Below, piece after piece: positions 63,734 through 64,000 of a DNA stretch of 64,000 nucleotides. This DNA is from Leucoraja ocellata (Eukaryota): assembly GCA_036785375.1 (NCBI GenBank), contig JAWMAR010000085.1:1426001-1490000 (forward strand), written 5' to 3'. Position numbers and translations under genes: made by a program. How positions within the stretch are numbered: the first letter of the stretch is position 1; every line of letters begins with the position of its first letter. The notes under the pieces are model-generated. The model had not been told where the DNA came from, ran no database searches, and saw only the letters and a list, made by a program, of their open reading frames with translations.

Positions 63734-63787
63734 CCTTGGTTTCCAAGTAATCAACATGTGTTATCAGTAAAATTGAGTCATTCTTAT
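63734..63787 (-). CDS. Possible 54-nt mini-exon upstream of the IgC exon (xKNDSILLITHVDYLETK)
   Basis: TAATTTGCAG acceptor, G/GTATGT donor, open in phase 1-1; no homology support. Confidence 0.3.
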
Positions 63788-64000
63788 CTGCAAATTACAC
63801 AGCTGTTAAATTAAGAGACAAAATGATGTTTATTTTCCCCTGACAATTCTGACAAATGCAGAAAGCTGCAGTCCATTTTAGGTGTTAATTTGGATTTTAA
63901 TGAAGCAACATGGAAGGTGATAGGATAGTTGCTCTAGATATTACATCTGGAGAATTAGTCTCTGCAAAATAGTTGGTGCATTTTTTCAAGTGGTTGGGAG

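Overview
Repeat-rich vertebrate genomic DNA, most likely from a cartilaginous fish (skate/ray). This is inferred from the HE1-like tRNA-derived SINEs and CR1 LINEs. Two minus-strand Ig-superfamily receptor genes can be assembled exon by exon, each with canonical splice sites and consistent phase-1 junctions. (A) A TIGIT-like single-IgV receptor: leader 13582-13519, IgV 3426-3097, stalk 2262-2206, TM 1675-1580; its tail lies off the left edge. (B) The 3' part of a CD200R-like receptor: IgC 56532-56263, stalk, TM, and two tail exons ending in a DPIYQN tyrosine motif at 45467 with AATAAA; no IgV exon was found, so it is probably off the right edge. Most of the remaining sequence is mobile DNA. 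It includes a deleted DIRS1-type tyrosine-recombinase element with intact ITR/ICR termini (7117-9647), a full-length but inactivated L1 nested in a Harbinger-type MITE nested in a SINE (19191-25457), many CR1 and SINE copies, and GIY-YIG Penelope-like fragments. There is also a dense family of short, often fold-back Penelope-terminus insertions carrying minimal hammerhead-ribozyme cores, one of them embedded in the DIRS element. Most ORFs in the supplied track are repeat-derived or spurious. Gene names come from recalled motif similarity, not database searches.
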